Shown piece after piece: positions 51,206 to 64,000 of a stretch of 64,000 bases of DNA. This DNA comes from Flaccisagitta enflata. Lineage: Eukaryota. A program made the position numbers and the translations under genes. The notes under the pieces are model-generated. The model saw only the letters and a list, made by a program, of their open reading frames with translations, had not been told where the DNA came from and ran no database searches. The stretch spans positions 6,448,001 to 6,512,000 of the forward strand of contig OZ231126.1 in the NCBI GenBank assembly GCA_965153355.1. The letters run 5' to 3'. The stretch's first letter is position 1, and each line of letters starts with the position of its first letter.

Positions 51206-51808
51206 ACAGGGTGTCCAATAAATTTGGTAAAATCATTATTGCACAAAAACTATACATCTAGATGACCTGGTAAGCTGAAATTTGGTATGTACCCTCCCAA
51301 TCAGTTCTATTACATGTTATAATGCATGGTTTTTCATGAGGACTTCCCTGGTTTAAACAGGAAAGAGTAATGCCCAAGACCAATTTTCCAATTTTACGGG
51401 ATTTTTACCAGTGAAAAGTGGTAAAGGAGAGCGACCATATGGTTAACTATGACATCAAATTTAGTTTCCTAATAAGGTCAACAAATAAGGGGATATACAT
51501 TATTGAAGCAGGACTGCCCTACTGACTCAAATTTGGATCAATGCATTGAAAAAAATCCGCTGAAATCATCCAAAAGATACCATCTATTTCCCTCAGTCTA
51601 TCAAAGCCAATTTTCTCAGGACCACTGCAGATGAACATTTCCTGCCTTGTGCAGATCTCATTTGATGGATTCTTGCTGCCCGTGTGGTAAGGAATATTCA
51701 TAAACAACCAACCCTCATGTTTAACCCTTTTTTCAACTGAAACAATCATCTAGGAATAGTTTTTGGATGTTCTTTTTTAAATTTTACCAAATTTATTGGA
51801 CACCCTGT
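51206..51808. mobile_element. Tc1/mariner-like MITE, 603 bp
   Basis: Perfect 28-bp TIR acagggtgtccaataaatttggtaaaat flanked by TA on both sides. Confidence 0.85.
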
Positions 51809-51894
51809 TATTGTGTTCCACGATAGTGGAACACTAATTGTGTTCCACGATAGTGGAACACTAAATATTGGGAGTTTCTCCGTCTGTACGTTCG

Positions 51895-54135
51895 TACGTA
51901 TGTCACACAACACAGATTTCTCCAGTGTATGATGTATGTCACACCACCCAGTTTTCTCCGATGTATGTCACACAGCCCAAAATTCTCCAATGTATGTCAC
52001 ATCACCCAATTTTCTCCGATGTATGTCACACAGCCCAGAATTCTCCAATGTATGTCACACCACCTAATTTTCTCCGATGTATGTCACACAGCCCAGAATT
52101 CTCCAATGTATGTCACACCACCCAGTTTTCTCCAATGTATGTCACACAGCCCAAAATTCTCCAATGTATGTCACACCACCCAGTTTTCTCCGATGTATGT
52201 CACACAGCCCCGAATTCTCCAATGTATGTCGCACTACCCAATTTTCTCCGATGTAAGTCACACAGCCCAAAATTCTCCAATGTATGTCACACCACCCAGT
52301 TTTCTTCGATGTATGTCACACAGACCAAAATTCTCCGATGTATGTCACACCACCCAGTTTTCTCCAATGTATGTCACACAGCCCAAAATTCTCTGATGAT
52401 TGTCACACCACCTAGTTTTCTCCGATGTATGTCACACAGCCCAGAATACTCTGATGTATGTCACACCACCCAGTTTTCTCCGATGTATGTCACACAGCCC
52501 AGAATTCTCCAATGTATGTCACACTACCCAGTTTTCTCCAATGTATGTCAAACAGCCAAGAATATACCGATGTATTTCACACCACCCAGTTTTCTCCAAT
52601 GTATGAAAAGTGGAACAATATCCCTCGCTATACCCAAACTGAAATAAATGGAAGAGGGCCTTGTGAACCCTCACTGACTAGTTAATACGCGCACCACTCC
52701 TAGTTTTCCGTAAAACCAAATCTGAACAACACTCCTTCTCAATCTAACCCAAAAGCAAAATACTTACCAAAAGAAGTCACACAGCGCAGAATTCTCCGAT
52801 GTATGTCACACCACCCAGTTTTCTCCGATGTATGTCACACAGCCCAGAATTCTCCGATGTATGTCACACCACCCAGTTTTCTCCAATGTATGTCACACAG
52901 CTCAGAATTCTCCAATGTATGTCACACCACCCAGTTTTCTCCGATGTATGTCACACAGCCCAGAATTCTTCCATGTATGTCACATTACCCAGTTTTCTCC
53001 GATGTATGTCACACAGCCCAGAATTCCCAGATGTATGTCACACACCACCCAATTTTCTCCAATGTATGTCACACAGCCCAGAATTCTTCCATGTATGTCA
53101 CATTATCCAGTTTTCTCCGATGTATGTCACACAGCCCAGAATTCTTGGATGTATGTCACACCACCCAGTTTTCTCCGATGTATGTTACACAGCCCAGAAT
53201 TCCCAGATGTATGTCACACACCACCCAATTTTCTCCAATGTATGTCACACAGCCCAGAATTCTCCAATGTATGTCACACCACCCAGTTTTTTCCAATGTA
53301 TTTCACACCACCCAGTTTTCTCCAATGTTTGTCACACAGCCCAGGATTTTCTGATGTATGTCACACCACCCAGTTTTCTCCGATGTTTGTCACACAGCCC
53401 AGAATTATCCAACGTATGTCACACCACCCAGTTTTCTCGGAATATCTGTCACACCAACCAGTTTTTGCCGAATGTCCGTCACACCACCCAGTTTTCTCCA
53501 AATGTCTGTCACGCCACCCAATTTTCTCCCATGTATGTTACACAGCCCAGATTTCTCCAATGTATGTCACACCACCTAGTTTTCTCCAATGTATGTCACG
53601 CAGCCCGGAATTCTTTGATGTATGTAAGTTGGACAACATTACTACTCAACCCTACTTTACTTAAGGATGAGAGCCTTTGGAGCTCTCACTGGTGTTTAAT
53701 CCGGACCCATCGCAACTATCCTTAGTATTCAAAATAATATGTCACGCAGCCCAGTTTTCTCCAATGTCTGTCACACAGCCAAGAATTTTTCAATATATGT
53801 CACACAGCCCAGAATTCTCCGATGTATTTCACACCACCCAGTTTTCTCCGATACGTGTCACACAGCCCAAAATTCTCCCATATATGTCACACCACCCAGT
53901 TTTCTCCGATGTATGTAACAGAGCCCAGAATTCTCCGATGTATGTCACACAGCCCAGAATTCTCCAATATATGTCACACCACCCAGTTTTTGCCAATGTA
54001 TGTCACACAGTCCAGAATTCTCTGATGTATGTCACACCACTCAGTTTTTCTCCAATGTATATCACACAGCCCTGTATTCTTTGATGTATGTCTCACCACC
54101 CAGTTTGTTCCAATGTATGTCACACAACCCTGCTT
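51895..54135. repeat. Satellite of alternating 29-bp A/B monomers (58-bp dimer)
   Basis: gatgtatgtcacaccacccagttttctcc alternates with gatgtatgtcacacagcccagaattctcc; interrupted at 52600-52775 and 53625-53735. Confidence 0.9.
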
Positions 54136-54138
54136 TCT

Positions 54139-54197
<59 letters not shown>

Positions 54198-56204
54198 AAC
54201 ATACACACACACACACACACACACACTCACAGGCGGCAGTGGGACCGCCCACAGGCGGCAGTGGGACTACCCACAGGTGGCAGTGGGACCGCCCGCAGGC
54301 GGCAGTGGGGCCGCCCACAGGCGGCAGTGGGACCACCCAAAGGCGGCAGTGAAGCCGCCCATATGGCAGTGAGGTTGCCCATGGATGGTGGTTAGGCCGC
54401 CCACAGGCGGCCTTTATCTACAACACAGATTTGTCTGGTTATTATTATCAGATTTGTCATATGAATTATTGCCTATCTTTTTCACGCCAAAGCAAGTTTT
54501 CGTGGAACACCATATGGCGAACGCCACTAGTTTACCACCGAATCTGTACTCCTGAGCCGAAATCCTTTTCCAAGGCAAACCAAGTTATGACTTTGTAGAT
54601 TCAATTATTCCAACACTTAGTTACCACTTTGTCTACGTCGGACAGGTCCTTGTGTCCTTCACTCAGTCCCAGTCCCAGTCCCAGACTCCCAGTCCTGATC
54701 CTACAACTTTCGGACGGTTAACGGTTCGTCTGCTTACTGCTCACGTCCAAATTGAACTGAACTTTGCTGTGTGTGTATCCGGCCTGAATGTTTGCTTGTA
54801 GTACAGATTAACGGACGGTCTGAAAGAGTATCCTTTTGTAAAGTTTCACTCTGGCAAATAATTACATATTTACGCGACCATACAATCTCAAAACCACTTT
54901 ATTAAATTTCTAGACCGTTTGAAAGCCCTTCAAAAGTTCTTTCATATGGCGCAATTCTGGCATTTCTTTTTTTTTTTTGTCGTTTGAAAATGGCATTACG
55001 TAATATAAACTTCTAAACGGTTTGAGGCATTAGACATATTTGCATTAGTAAAATGGTCTTTCACTTCGACGAACTGTATCTGCTAAACCGTTTGAGATAC
55101 AGGCTAATGGGATTGGTCTGGAATATAAGATCTTTTTAAAATCTTCAAGATCATTTTGTCTGCTAAAAGTTTTAAAGACTCTACATGTTTTATCGACTTA
55201 TACAAAGGTGATACTTTTTTTTGTCCGTCTATCCGCTTGTCCGTGGACATGAGTCAAAGAGTACGAAAACAAGTATTTTAGCTGGTTTTAGTGTATGTGT
55301 GGAAAGCATGGGATGTGGATTGGGGTAGGATGCTCCTGCCCACCCGTCCACAACGATAATGTGACCCCGCATCACTTGTTTAGATTCATGGAGTATATTA
55401 TCTCATGTTATAATTTCAAAGTGACTGAAGAGGAAGGAATGGAAGTACCCTCGATAAGCCTGAAAACATAACGTTTGGGTAAACCTGCAACGCTGATTCT
55501 AAAAATCATAGGCGTTTCCTTGCCAACCATTGCCAACCGTTTGAAAAAAGTCATGTCTGACTTGTGAGGGTGACAGCCTCATATCTAGTTGGTCAAAAAT
55601 CTGATAAACGCTTGTAAATGTGTGTGAGTAGGCATTGGCAGTAATGCAGAAGCTATTTTGTCAATGGGCAGGGGCAGAGATGCAATATGCCTAAGAAGCA
55701 AATTTTTGGCAGTTGATCGGACAGACTGATCAACAGATGGACACAGCGACAGATAGAACAGCTTTAGTTGCGTGCAGGTATGCAAAGTTGTTAATATGGG
55801 AGGCCAATCAGGTTTTTTGACAGGGGCAGCGACCTGTAAGTTACCCAAAATCAACAAACGTGGCAAACGGACAGACTGCTGGATGATGGGTGGACAGATG
55901 GACGGATGGATAGAGGGACCAACAGGTGGTTGACGTAGTTGTGTAGCACGCGACCTAAAACAAGATTTCCATAGCTTCTCATATTCGTTCTTGAAAATCA
56001 AACCAGCACTGAACAACTGCTCTAAGTCAACAGTTCCGTCTTACATTCCAGATGAAATCAGCTTGAAACGTTTATTTTTGAAATGAAAATTATTGTATGA
56101 TCACTTCACCCCCCTCCACACAAATACAAACTCAAACAATATTTGATACAGAGATTGCGATGGGTGCTAAGTGAAACAAATCATCTATGTAGTAGTGGCT
56201 ATCT

Positions 56205-56221
56205 AATTGTTGTTGCTGTCG

Positions 56222-56296
<75 letters not shown>

Positions 56297-56552
56297 TTGT
56301 TGTATTCTGTAAGAAGATTTGGAGTTTCAGCGCCACCATGGCCACGATAGACTTGATGGTAACCGCAATCATCTCCATGCAGCAGTCAGTTGACGCCAAT
56401 CGGATATTATGTTACCTGGAAGAGAAAAGTGTGAATATTCAGACGCGTTGAAGAACATGGTTGCGCTGAAACAAAAGTTGTAAAACAGTAAAATACTGTT
56501 GGCGCTTTTGTTATTGTTCTTTTTACTGTTGTTGTCGTTGTCTGTTGTTTGT

Positions 56553-56583
<31 letters not shown>

Positions 56584-56585
56584 CG

Positions 56586-56642
<57 letters not shown>

Positions 56643-57017
56643 GTTATTTGTTTGTTGTTGTTGATGTCTTTATCTGTTGTTGTCTGTTATTTGTTTGTTG
56701 TTGTTGATGTCTTTATCTGTTGTTGTCTGGTGTTTGTTTGTTTTGGTTGTTGTCTGTTTTTGTTGTGTTTGTTGTTTTTTCTTTGTTTTTTTTTTATGTC
56801 TGTTGTTTGTTGTTTGTTGTTGCTGTTGTCGTTGTCTGTTGTTTGTTGTCTGTTGTTTGTTTGTTGTTGCTTGTTGTTGTCGCTGCTGTTGTCGTTGTTG
56901 TTGTCGCTGTTGTTGTCGCCGTCGCTGTCGCTTGTCGCTGTTGTCGCGGGTTGTCGCCGCGGTCGCCGTTGTCGCTGTCGCCGTTGTCGCCGCGCCGCCG
57001 CTTGCCGTCGCTGTCGC

Positions 57018-57048
<31 letters not shown>

Positions 57049-57245
57049 GCCGCCGCTGCCGCTGTTGTTGCCGCTGACGCTGTCGTTGCGTCGCTGACGC
57101 TGTCGCTGACGCTGTTGCTGACGCTGTTGTTGACGCTGTTGCTGACATTGTTGCTGACATTGCTGCGTTGTTGTTGACGTTGCTGCTGGACGTTGTTGCT
57201 GACGTTGTTGTTGACTGCTGCTGTTGTTGTTGTTGCTGTTGTTGC

Positions 57246-57309
<64 letters not shown>

Positions 57310-57330
57310 GGGTTGTTGTTATTGTTGTCA
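56205..57330. repeat. (GTT)n/(GCC)n low-complexity region
   Basis: Direct inspection. Confidence 0.85.
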
Positions 57331-58429
57331 TTAACGTTACCGTTTTCTTCGTCTTTATCTTTTCGTCGTCGTCTTCGTCATCATCATCACCGTCATTGCC
57401 ATCGTCATCGTCGTTCTCACGGCAACATCGCGATCGTCGTTGCATTGTCAGCTTCCTCTGCACCGTCGACTTCTCCGTTATCATCGTAATCGCCATTGTT
57501 TGGAGTTTAGTTATTAGTTATTTAGTAAAAGAGGTCGAGTCTTCGAAATAAACGCAAGCAGAAAAAAAGAAAAACTGGAGAGAAAGAAAAATATGTGGTT
57601 GCAGTCTTGTAAGAACGACTTTTGAGAGAAGGAAATGATTCTTCGCAGAGATTTTTTGTCTAATTTTTTACTCAGAAACACAAATTGATGACGTATTAGA
57701 GTCAAGACACTACGATATACTGATGGGAATGTTACACTGGCCCTACATAATGAGTGGATCAAGGATTCGATAGAGCTATTGTCAGACAACAAAAGTATGT
57801 CATAAAAAATTTTTGGGTGAAATAAGTACAACTAAAGGTGCGCCACCGAGACATTTGAATGTATGGTTAGAAAACAATGGAAAAGGGCTTCCTTTTCATG
57901 TATTCAAATCAGACGGTGGCGCACTCTTTGTATGACTTCTTACATTTATCTTGAAGTAGGAGATTGGGGTGGGACTCCCATGACCATGGCAAGATTCGGG
58001 GTGCCTCTAGGAGTCATCTAATATGCCTATTTGTATACCATACCTTCTCCTGAAATAAAAAGGCTTTATGAAACAAATGTCAAGGATGGACGCACAGGCC
58101 AATCGACACACTGATGACCCGGTGGCGCCACCCAAGTGGTGGGTCGATTGGCCTTCATTAGAAGCCTACAAACCGCGCTCAATAACTGCCTGGTGATTCC
58201 CCGGGTTAGCAACAACCAACAGACCAACCCACCGTCCGGTCCATCCACACACCACCGTATACAGAGTCGCCCGCGCGCTACTACTAAAAACAAGGGCGAA
58301 TAAATAACTCCCTTACGGATATAGATATATCTTCCTTTCTTTCTCTTTCCCATACTTTCATGCATAATTTATTTAGGTGGGTTTTGTCAGAGGCGCGAAG
58401 AGGCAGTTAGTTATCTCCGTTATTTCTAT

Positions 58430-60675
58430 TTTTAGTCGCGTGCACGCGACTCTACACCTTGCCGTGTCGGTCGGTAGGTCGGTAGGTCGGTAGGTCGGTA
58501 GATCCGTCACATTTTTAAAATTATGACTTTTTAAGGTTTTTAAGGGTAATTTAAGGTACTCTTGAGTATTTCAGGGTACTTTAAGGTACTTCAGGGTACT
58601 TAAGGGTACTTAGGTTATTCTAGGTACTGAAGGTACATTAGGGTATTTTCAGACATTTTTGGGTACTTTTTGGTACTCTTGAGTATTTTTGGGTATTTTT
58701 GGGTATTTTTAAGTATTTTTGGGTATTTTTGGGTATATCTGGGTATCTTTGGCTATTTTTGGGTCTTTTTGGGTAGTTTTGGGTATTTTGGACATATAGG
58801 ATAGGTACTTCTACATGTTTTGAGGTATTTTTGGGTATTTTTGGATATGTGTTTTAAAATATTTCTGGGTATTTTTGGGTATTTTTTGGGTATATTTGGG
58901 TGTCTTTGGGTGTCTTTAGGTGTTTTTGGGTATTTTTGGGTACTTATAGGTTTTCTTGGTATTTTGTGCCTTAGTGGCCTTAAAGCATTAACGCAATGCA
59001 TGAGTGGCCTTAATTGTTAGAGCATGTAAACATAAGCTTCATTAAAGATCCCTTGTAAGTATGTAAGTAAGTATGTAAGAATGTAAGTATGTAATTATGT
59101 AAGTACGTAAGTATGTAAGTATGTGGGTAAGTATGTAAGTATGTAGGTAAGTATGTAAGTAAGTATGTATGTAAGTATGTAAGTAGGTAAGTATGTAAGT
59201 ATGTGAGTATGTAGGTAAGTATGTAAGTATGTAAGTATGTTAGTAGGTATATAAGTAAGTATGTAAGTAAGTATGTAAGTATGTAAGTATGTAAGTATGT
59301 AAGTACGTAAGTATGTAAGTATGTAGGTAAGTATGTAAGTATGTAGGTAAGTATGTATGTATGTAGGTAAGTATGTAAGTATGTAAGTAAGTGTGTAATT
59401 AATTATGCAGGTATGTAAGTATGTAAGTATGTAAGTAGATATGTAAGTATGTAAGTATGTGAGTATGTAGGTAAGTATGTAAGTATGTAAGTAAGTATGT
59501 AAGTATGTAAGTATGTAAGTAAGTATGTAAGCATGTAAGTACGTAAGTATGTAAGTATGTATGTAAGTATGTAAGTATGTTGGTAAGTATGTAAGTAAGT
59601 ATGTATGTAAGTATGTAAGTAGGTAGGTATGTGGGTATGTGAGTATGTAGGTATGTATGTAAGTAAGTATGTAAGTATGTAGGTATGTGGGCATGTGGGT
59701 AAGTATGTAAGCAAGTATGTAAGTATGTTAGTATGTATGTAAGTACGTAAGTATGTAAGTATGTAGGTAAGTATGTAAGTGTATGGGTAAGTATGTAAGT
59801 AAGTATGTAAGCATGTAAGTATGTATGTAAGTATGTAAGTATGAAAGTGGGCATGGTAAGTATGTAAGTATGAAAGTGTAAGTAAGTATGTAAGTATGTA
59901 AGTATGTATGTAAGTACGTAAGTATGTAAGTATGTGAGTATGTAGGTAAGTAAGTATGTAAGTATGTAAGTATGTAAGTATGTAAGTAGGTAAGTGTGTA
60001 AGTATGTGAGTATGTAGGTAAGTATGTAAGTATGTAAGTAAGTATGTGAGTAAGTATGTAGGTATGTAAGTAAGTAAGTAAGCAAGTATGTAAGTAAGTA
60101 TGTAAGTAAGTAGGTATGTAAGTATGTAAATATGTAAGTATGTAAGTATGTAAGTATGTATGTATGTAAGTATGTATGTAAGTATGTAAATATGTAAGTA
60201 TATAAATATGTAAGTATGTAAGTATGTAAGTATGTATGTATGTATGTAAGTAAGTATGTAAATACGTAAGTATGTAAATACGTAAGTATGTAAATACGTA
60301 AGTATGTAAGTATGTATGTAAGTATGTAAGTAAGTATGTAAGTATGTAAGTAAGTATGTAAATATGTAGTATATTTGTAAGTATGTAAGTAAATATGTAA
60401 GTATGTAAGTATGTAAATAAGTAAGTACGTAAGTATGTAAGTAGGTATGTAAGTAAGTATGTAAGTATGTACGTATGTAAATAAGTATGTAAGTATGTAG
60501 TATATATGTAAGTATGTAAGTATGTAAGTATGTAAGTATGTAAGTGTAGTATGTAAGTATGTAGTAAGTATGTAGTATGTTAAGTATGTAGTAGGAAGTT
60601 ATGTAGTTGTGTGTAGTATGAAGTTGTGTACTTTTGTGTAACTTAGCACGCGACTGTTGGCCTGTTGGGCTTGTT
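58430..60675 (+). mobile_element. HINE-like element inflated by about 2 kb of internal tandem repeats
   Basis: 5' agtcgcgtgcacgcgact (58434), 3' gcacgcgact (60646) plus ggcctgttgggc stem-loop and ttgtt. The interior holds GGGTATTTTT-like and (AAGTATGT)n arrays. Confidence 0.65.
59055..60600. repeat. (AAGTATGT)n-type microsatellite
   Basis: Direct inspection. Confidence 0.92.
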
Positions 60676-61147
60676 CCTTCGCGACGAAAGGAAAATGTTT
60701 TACTTTTCTTTTAGCAGTTTCTCACCAGTCTTGTCTCGTCGTCGAGGTTTTTTTTTATGTCGCGTGCTGTGTGACTCTATAAAACGACTTTCGGTCCGTC
60801 GGTTGGTCCGTCGGTTGGTCCGTCGGTCCTTCGGTTAGGTTGTCCATCTGTCTGTTTGTCACATTTGTTGATTTTGCGAGTTGTTGGCTTCGATGCTGCT
60901 GCCAATGAGCCTCTTGCCCACCTAGTTCTACATCATTGCCCCTGCCCACCCGCACGTGACTAGGTTGCCACAGCTTTTCTTGTTTCAAATTTTATTTTGT
61001 CATCGTGGTCTAATTCTTTTACGACTATGACTTGTTTGTAGCATGCACAATGGTGCTTTTTGGACGCGTGCTACGAGACTCTTCACCCCGCTTTGTTGGC
61101 CCGTCCGTCTGTCGGTTCGTCCATCTGTCACACTTTACTTTTTTTCC

Positions 61148-61306
61148 TTTTTAGTCGCGGACAAGCGACTCTATAAGAGGCTTTGTCCGTCCGTCCGTCC
61201 GTTGGTCGGTTGGTCCGTGTTGATCGAGTTGGAAAGTGTGAAAACGCGCATTTCCGCCCCTGCCCACCCGTCCGCGACTGGTATTGGCCGTGTATCCGGC
61301 CTTGTT
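61148..61306 (+). mobile_element. DINE-1/HINE-like element (clearest copy)
   Basis: agtcgcggac (61153-61162) / gtccgcgact (61270-61279) subTIRs, (GTCC)n, ggccgtgtatccggcc stem-loop (61286-61301), T-rich flanks. Confidence 0.75.
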
Positions 61307-61739
61307 GTCTTTGTCCTTACTGCTCCTGCCAAAATGATCAAATGACCTCAAATATGGCTCCTGCCTACCCGCACGCGACTGGGATAGCCGTGTATCCAGC
61401 TTTGTGCTTCACTTCTTAATCGACTTGGTATAATTATATTGTAAAAAAACTTTGTCTACTTACATTGTGAAAAAACAAGGCCGGATACACGGCTACCCCA
61501 GTTGCGTGTGGGTGGGTACTGCCATATCTTAGCTCACTAGTGTATTTGGGCAGGAGCAGTATGGTCAAAGAATAAAAAACATAAAAAAAAGTAAAGTGTG
61601 ACCAACCGACCGACCGACCGACTAACCAACCAACCGACTGACGGACAAAGCGGGGTGTAGAGTCGCGTAGCACGCGACTAAAAAAGGAATAATAAAAGAT
61701 TAAAGGGATAAAATTGAACCTCCTCCATCCTGTCTACTC

Positions 61740-64000
61740 CTACCCCTTCCGCCGCGACATCTTTGGTCTTTTGATAGAGCAGGTGACGTATTACCCCTAA
61801 CCCCCCCAACCTCTACCTTCCCCCCCTGCCCCCACCGTGACATCTGTGGTCTAATGATGGAGTTGGGTTTGTTCTACCTACCCTATTACCCACGCCCTTC
61901 CTCTCTACCCCCCCCCCCCTTGCCGCGCCATCTGTGGTCTGATAATAGATTGGGCATGCATTACTCCTCTCCCCCTCCCCCCTCTCCTCTCCCCTTCCCT
62001 CCTCTCCGGTATCCTTCCCCCACCTTGCCGCGACATATGTGGTCTGTTGAGAGTTGGTCGTGTATTACCCTTAACCCCCCTTCTTCTCTACCCCCCACCC
62101 CCTTGCGGCGACATCTGTGGTGTGTTGATAGAGTAGGGCCTGCACGACTCTATTACCCCCCCCTTCCTCTCTACAAGCCCCCCCCCCCTTGCCGCGACAT
62201 CTGTGTTCTATTGATAGAGTTTTGTGTGTCTTACCCCTAACCCCCCTCCTCTCTAGCCCCTTCCCCCCCTTTGCCGCGACATCTGTGGTAGGGCCAACGG
62301 TTTTTGCATCAAATCAATTGAACACCCCAGCCTGCAGCTTTTTTAAACAGACTATGTCTATACTGTTGAAAACTACTCGCTATATGACTTTTCTCCGTGA
62401 TTCAGAGGTGCCAGATTTGATATTTTGATCATAACTTGCTGGTGGTTGTGGTAGAAATGTCAAATTTAGGTCATTTTGGCCACCAAATTGAGCCACTTAG
62501 CCTTAGAAATCAAACCATAAAATCCATGAGATTTTAAAACTAGAACTCAAGATCTCACTAGTGGTGCAATCCGCATGTTTCTATCGTTTTTTGTTTAGAT
62601 TTGAGATCATTTCTGATGAAAGCGGTTTGAAGGGAAAATTGCGGTTTTTATTAGTGGCAATTTTGACATTTTCCACATTTCAATTTTCGCGGTTTTGATA
62701 GACAATTGCATAATTGGTGATCAAATTGAAGAGTTTTCCTGTTCTGCTGATGGTGTGGCTTTGATCGATATTCCCAATTTTAGAGACTGTAAAGCAGGTG
62801 CAAAGTCGATTTTTTTGCAAATTGTCATTTTGGATGAAAATTAGGCCACTTCCAATTTATAAGAAGACTTAAAATTCATGAGCAAAAAAAGTACTGCTCA
62901 GGAGCACCAGTGGTAATCGGCGCAATAAGTTTTTGCATTTAGATTTTATAGAACTTCAAAGATCTAAGGGTATGTCAAAATAACAATTTTTGGGTATTTT
63001 AATCTTTGAAGTTCTATAAAATCTAAATGCAAAAACATATTGACACGCCGATTGCACCACTGGTTAGCTCCTGAGCAGTACTTTATTTTGCTCATGGATT
63101 TTAAGTCTTTTTATGAATTGGAAGTGGCCTAATTTTTCATCCAAAATTGACCAATTTGCAAAAAAATTGATTTTTTTGCACCTGCTTCTACAGTCTCTAA
63201 AAATTTTTTGGGGGGAATATCGATCAAAAATTTTTTTACCATCAGCTAGAACAGGAAAAACTCTTCAATTTGATCACCAATTTTATGCAGATTGGTCCAT
63301 CCAAAGCCGCGAAATATTGAAATTTGTGAAAAATGTCAAAATTGCCACTGAAATTGAAGCTGCCATTTTCCCTTCAAACCCTTTTGTCTTTGAAATGCTC
63401 TCAAATCTAAACGAAAAATGATAGAAACATGCGGATTGCACCACTAGTGAGATCTTGAGCTCTAGTTTTAAAATCTCATGGATTTTAGGTTTGATTTCTA
63501 AGGCTAAGTGGCTCAATTTGGTGGCCAAAATGACCTAAATTTGACATTTTTACCACAACCACCATCAAGTTATGATCAAAATATCAAATCTGGCACCTCT
63601 AAATCATGGAGAAAAGTCATATAGCCAGTAGTTTTCAACAGTATACACATAGTCTGTTTAAAAAAGCTGCAGGCTGGGGTGTTCAATTAATTTGATGCAA
63701 AAACCGTTGGTCTATTGATAGAGTTGGGATGTATTACCCCTAAGCCCCCCTCCTCTCTACCCCTTCCCCCTTGCCGCGACAACTGTGTTCTGTTGATACA
63801 GTTGGTTGTGTATTACCCCTTACCCCCCTCCCCCTCCTCTCTACCCCTTCCCCCCCCCCCTTGCAGCGACATCTGTGGTGTGTTGATACAGTTGGTTGTG
63901 TATTACCCCTAACCCCCCTCCCCCTCCTCTCTACCCCTTCCCCCCCTTGCCGCGACATCTGTGTTCTGTTGATAGAGTTTGGCCTGCATAACTCTATTAC
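61740..64000. repeat. About 70-75-bp C-rich tandem repeat, interrupted by the hAT-like element
   Basis: Recurrent gccgcgacatctgtg...tgatagag...tattacccc. Confidence 0.8.
62289..63710. mobile_element. Second copy of the hAT-like foldback element, right end clipped
   Basis: Near-identical to 13501-15075 and inserted in the 61740-64000 satellite. The right terminus lacks CCCTG plus the TSD. Confidence 0.88.

Noticed and set aside
51868-54084. Long repetitive ORFs and a CRISPR-like look of the 29-bp repeats
   Set aside because: There are no unique spacers and no cas genes, the context is eukaryotic, and the ORFs arise from a stop-poor satellite in all three frames.
56143-57551. Poly-Q/V/C/L ORFs
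   Set aside because: (GTT)n low complexity. A good minus-strand acceptor at 56416 gives only GNIISDWRQLTAAWR*, which has no other support.
59095-60085. TYLH-repeat ORFs
   Set aside because: Microsatellite translation.

Overview
Repeat-rich eukaryotic DNA, probably from an invertebrate animal, with GT-AG introns, microsatellites and many non-autonomous transposons. It holds two convergent protein-coding genes. (1) The 3' ten exons of a GTP-dependent PEPCK gene on + (1718-8255, about 524 codons in window, N-terminus upstream of the window). (2) A gene on - that I reconstruct as join(31061..29933, 22450..19053), at least 1508 aa, whose 5' end may lie further upstream. Its product reads as 12 near-identical 23-aa LRRs with a hypervariable concave face, a ROC GTPase with a coiled-coil insert, COR, an IRE1/RNase L-like KEN ribonuclease domain (RNLAAH motif, no kinase), and two putative ubiquitin-like/UBX-like domains. 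This sensor-switch-RNase architecture is the most interesting item in the window. A frameshifted paralogous fragment of its 3' end lies at about 15230-15975. The rest consists of DINE-1/HINE-like elements carrying internal satellites, hAT-, Chapaev- and Tc1/mariner-like foldback MITEs with readable TSDs, a LINE 3' fragment, and local tandem duplications, several of which copy PEPCK splice acceptors. All domain calls are by-eye motif recognition; no searches were run.
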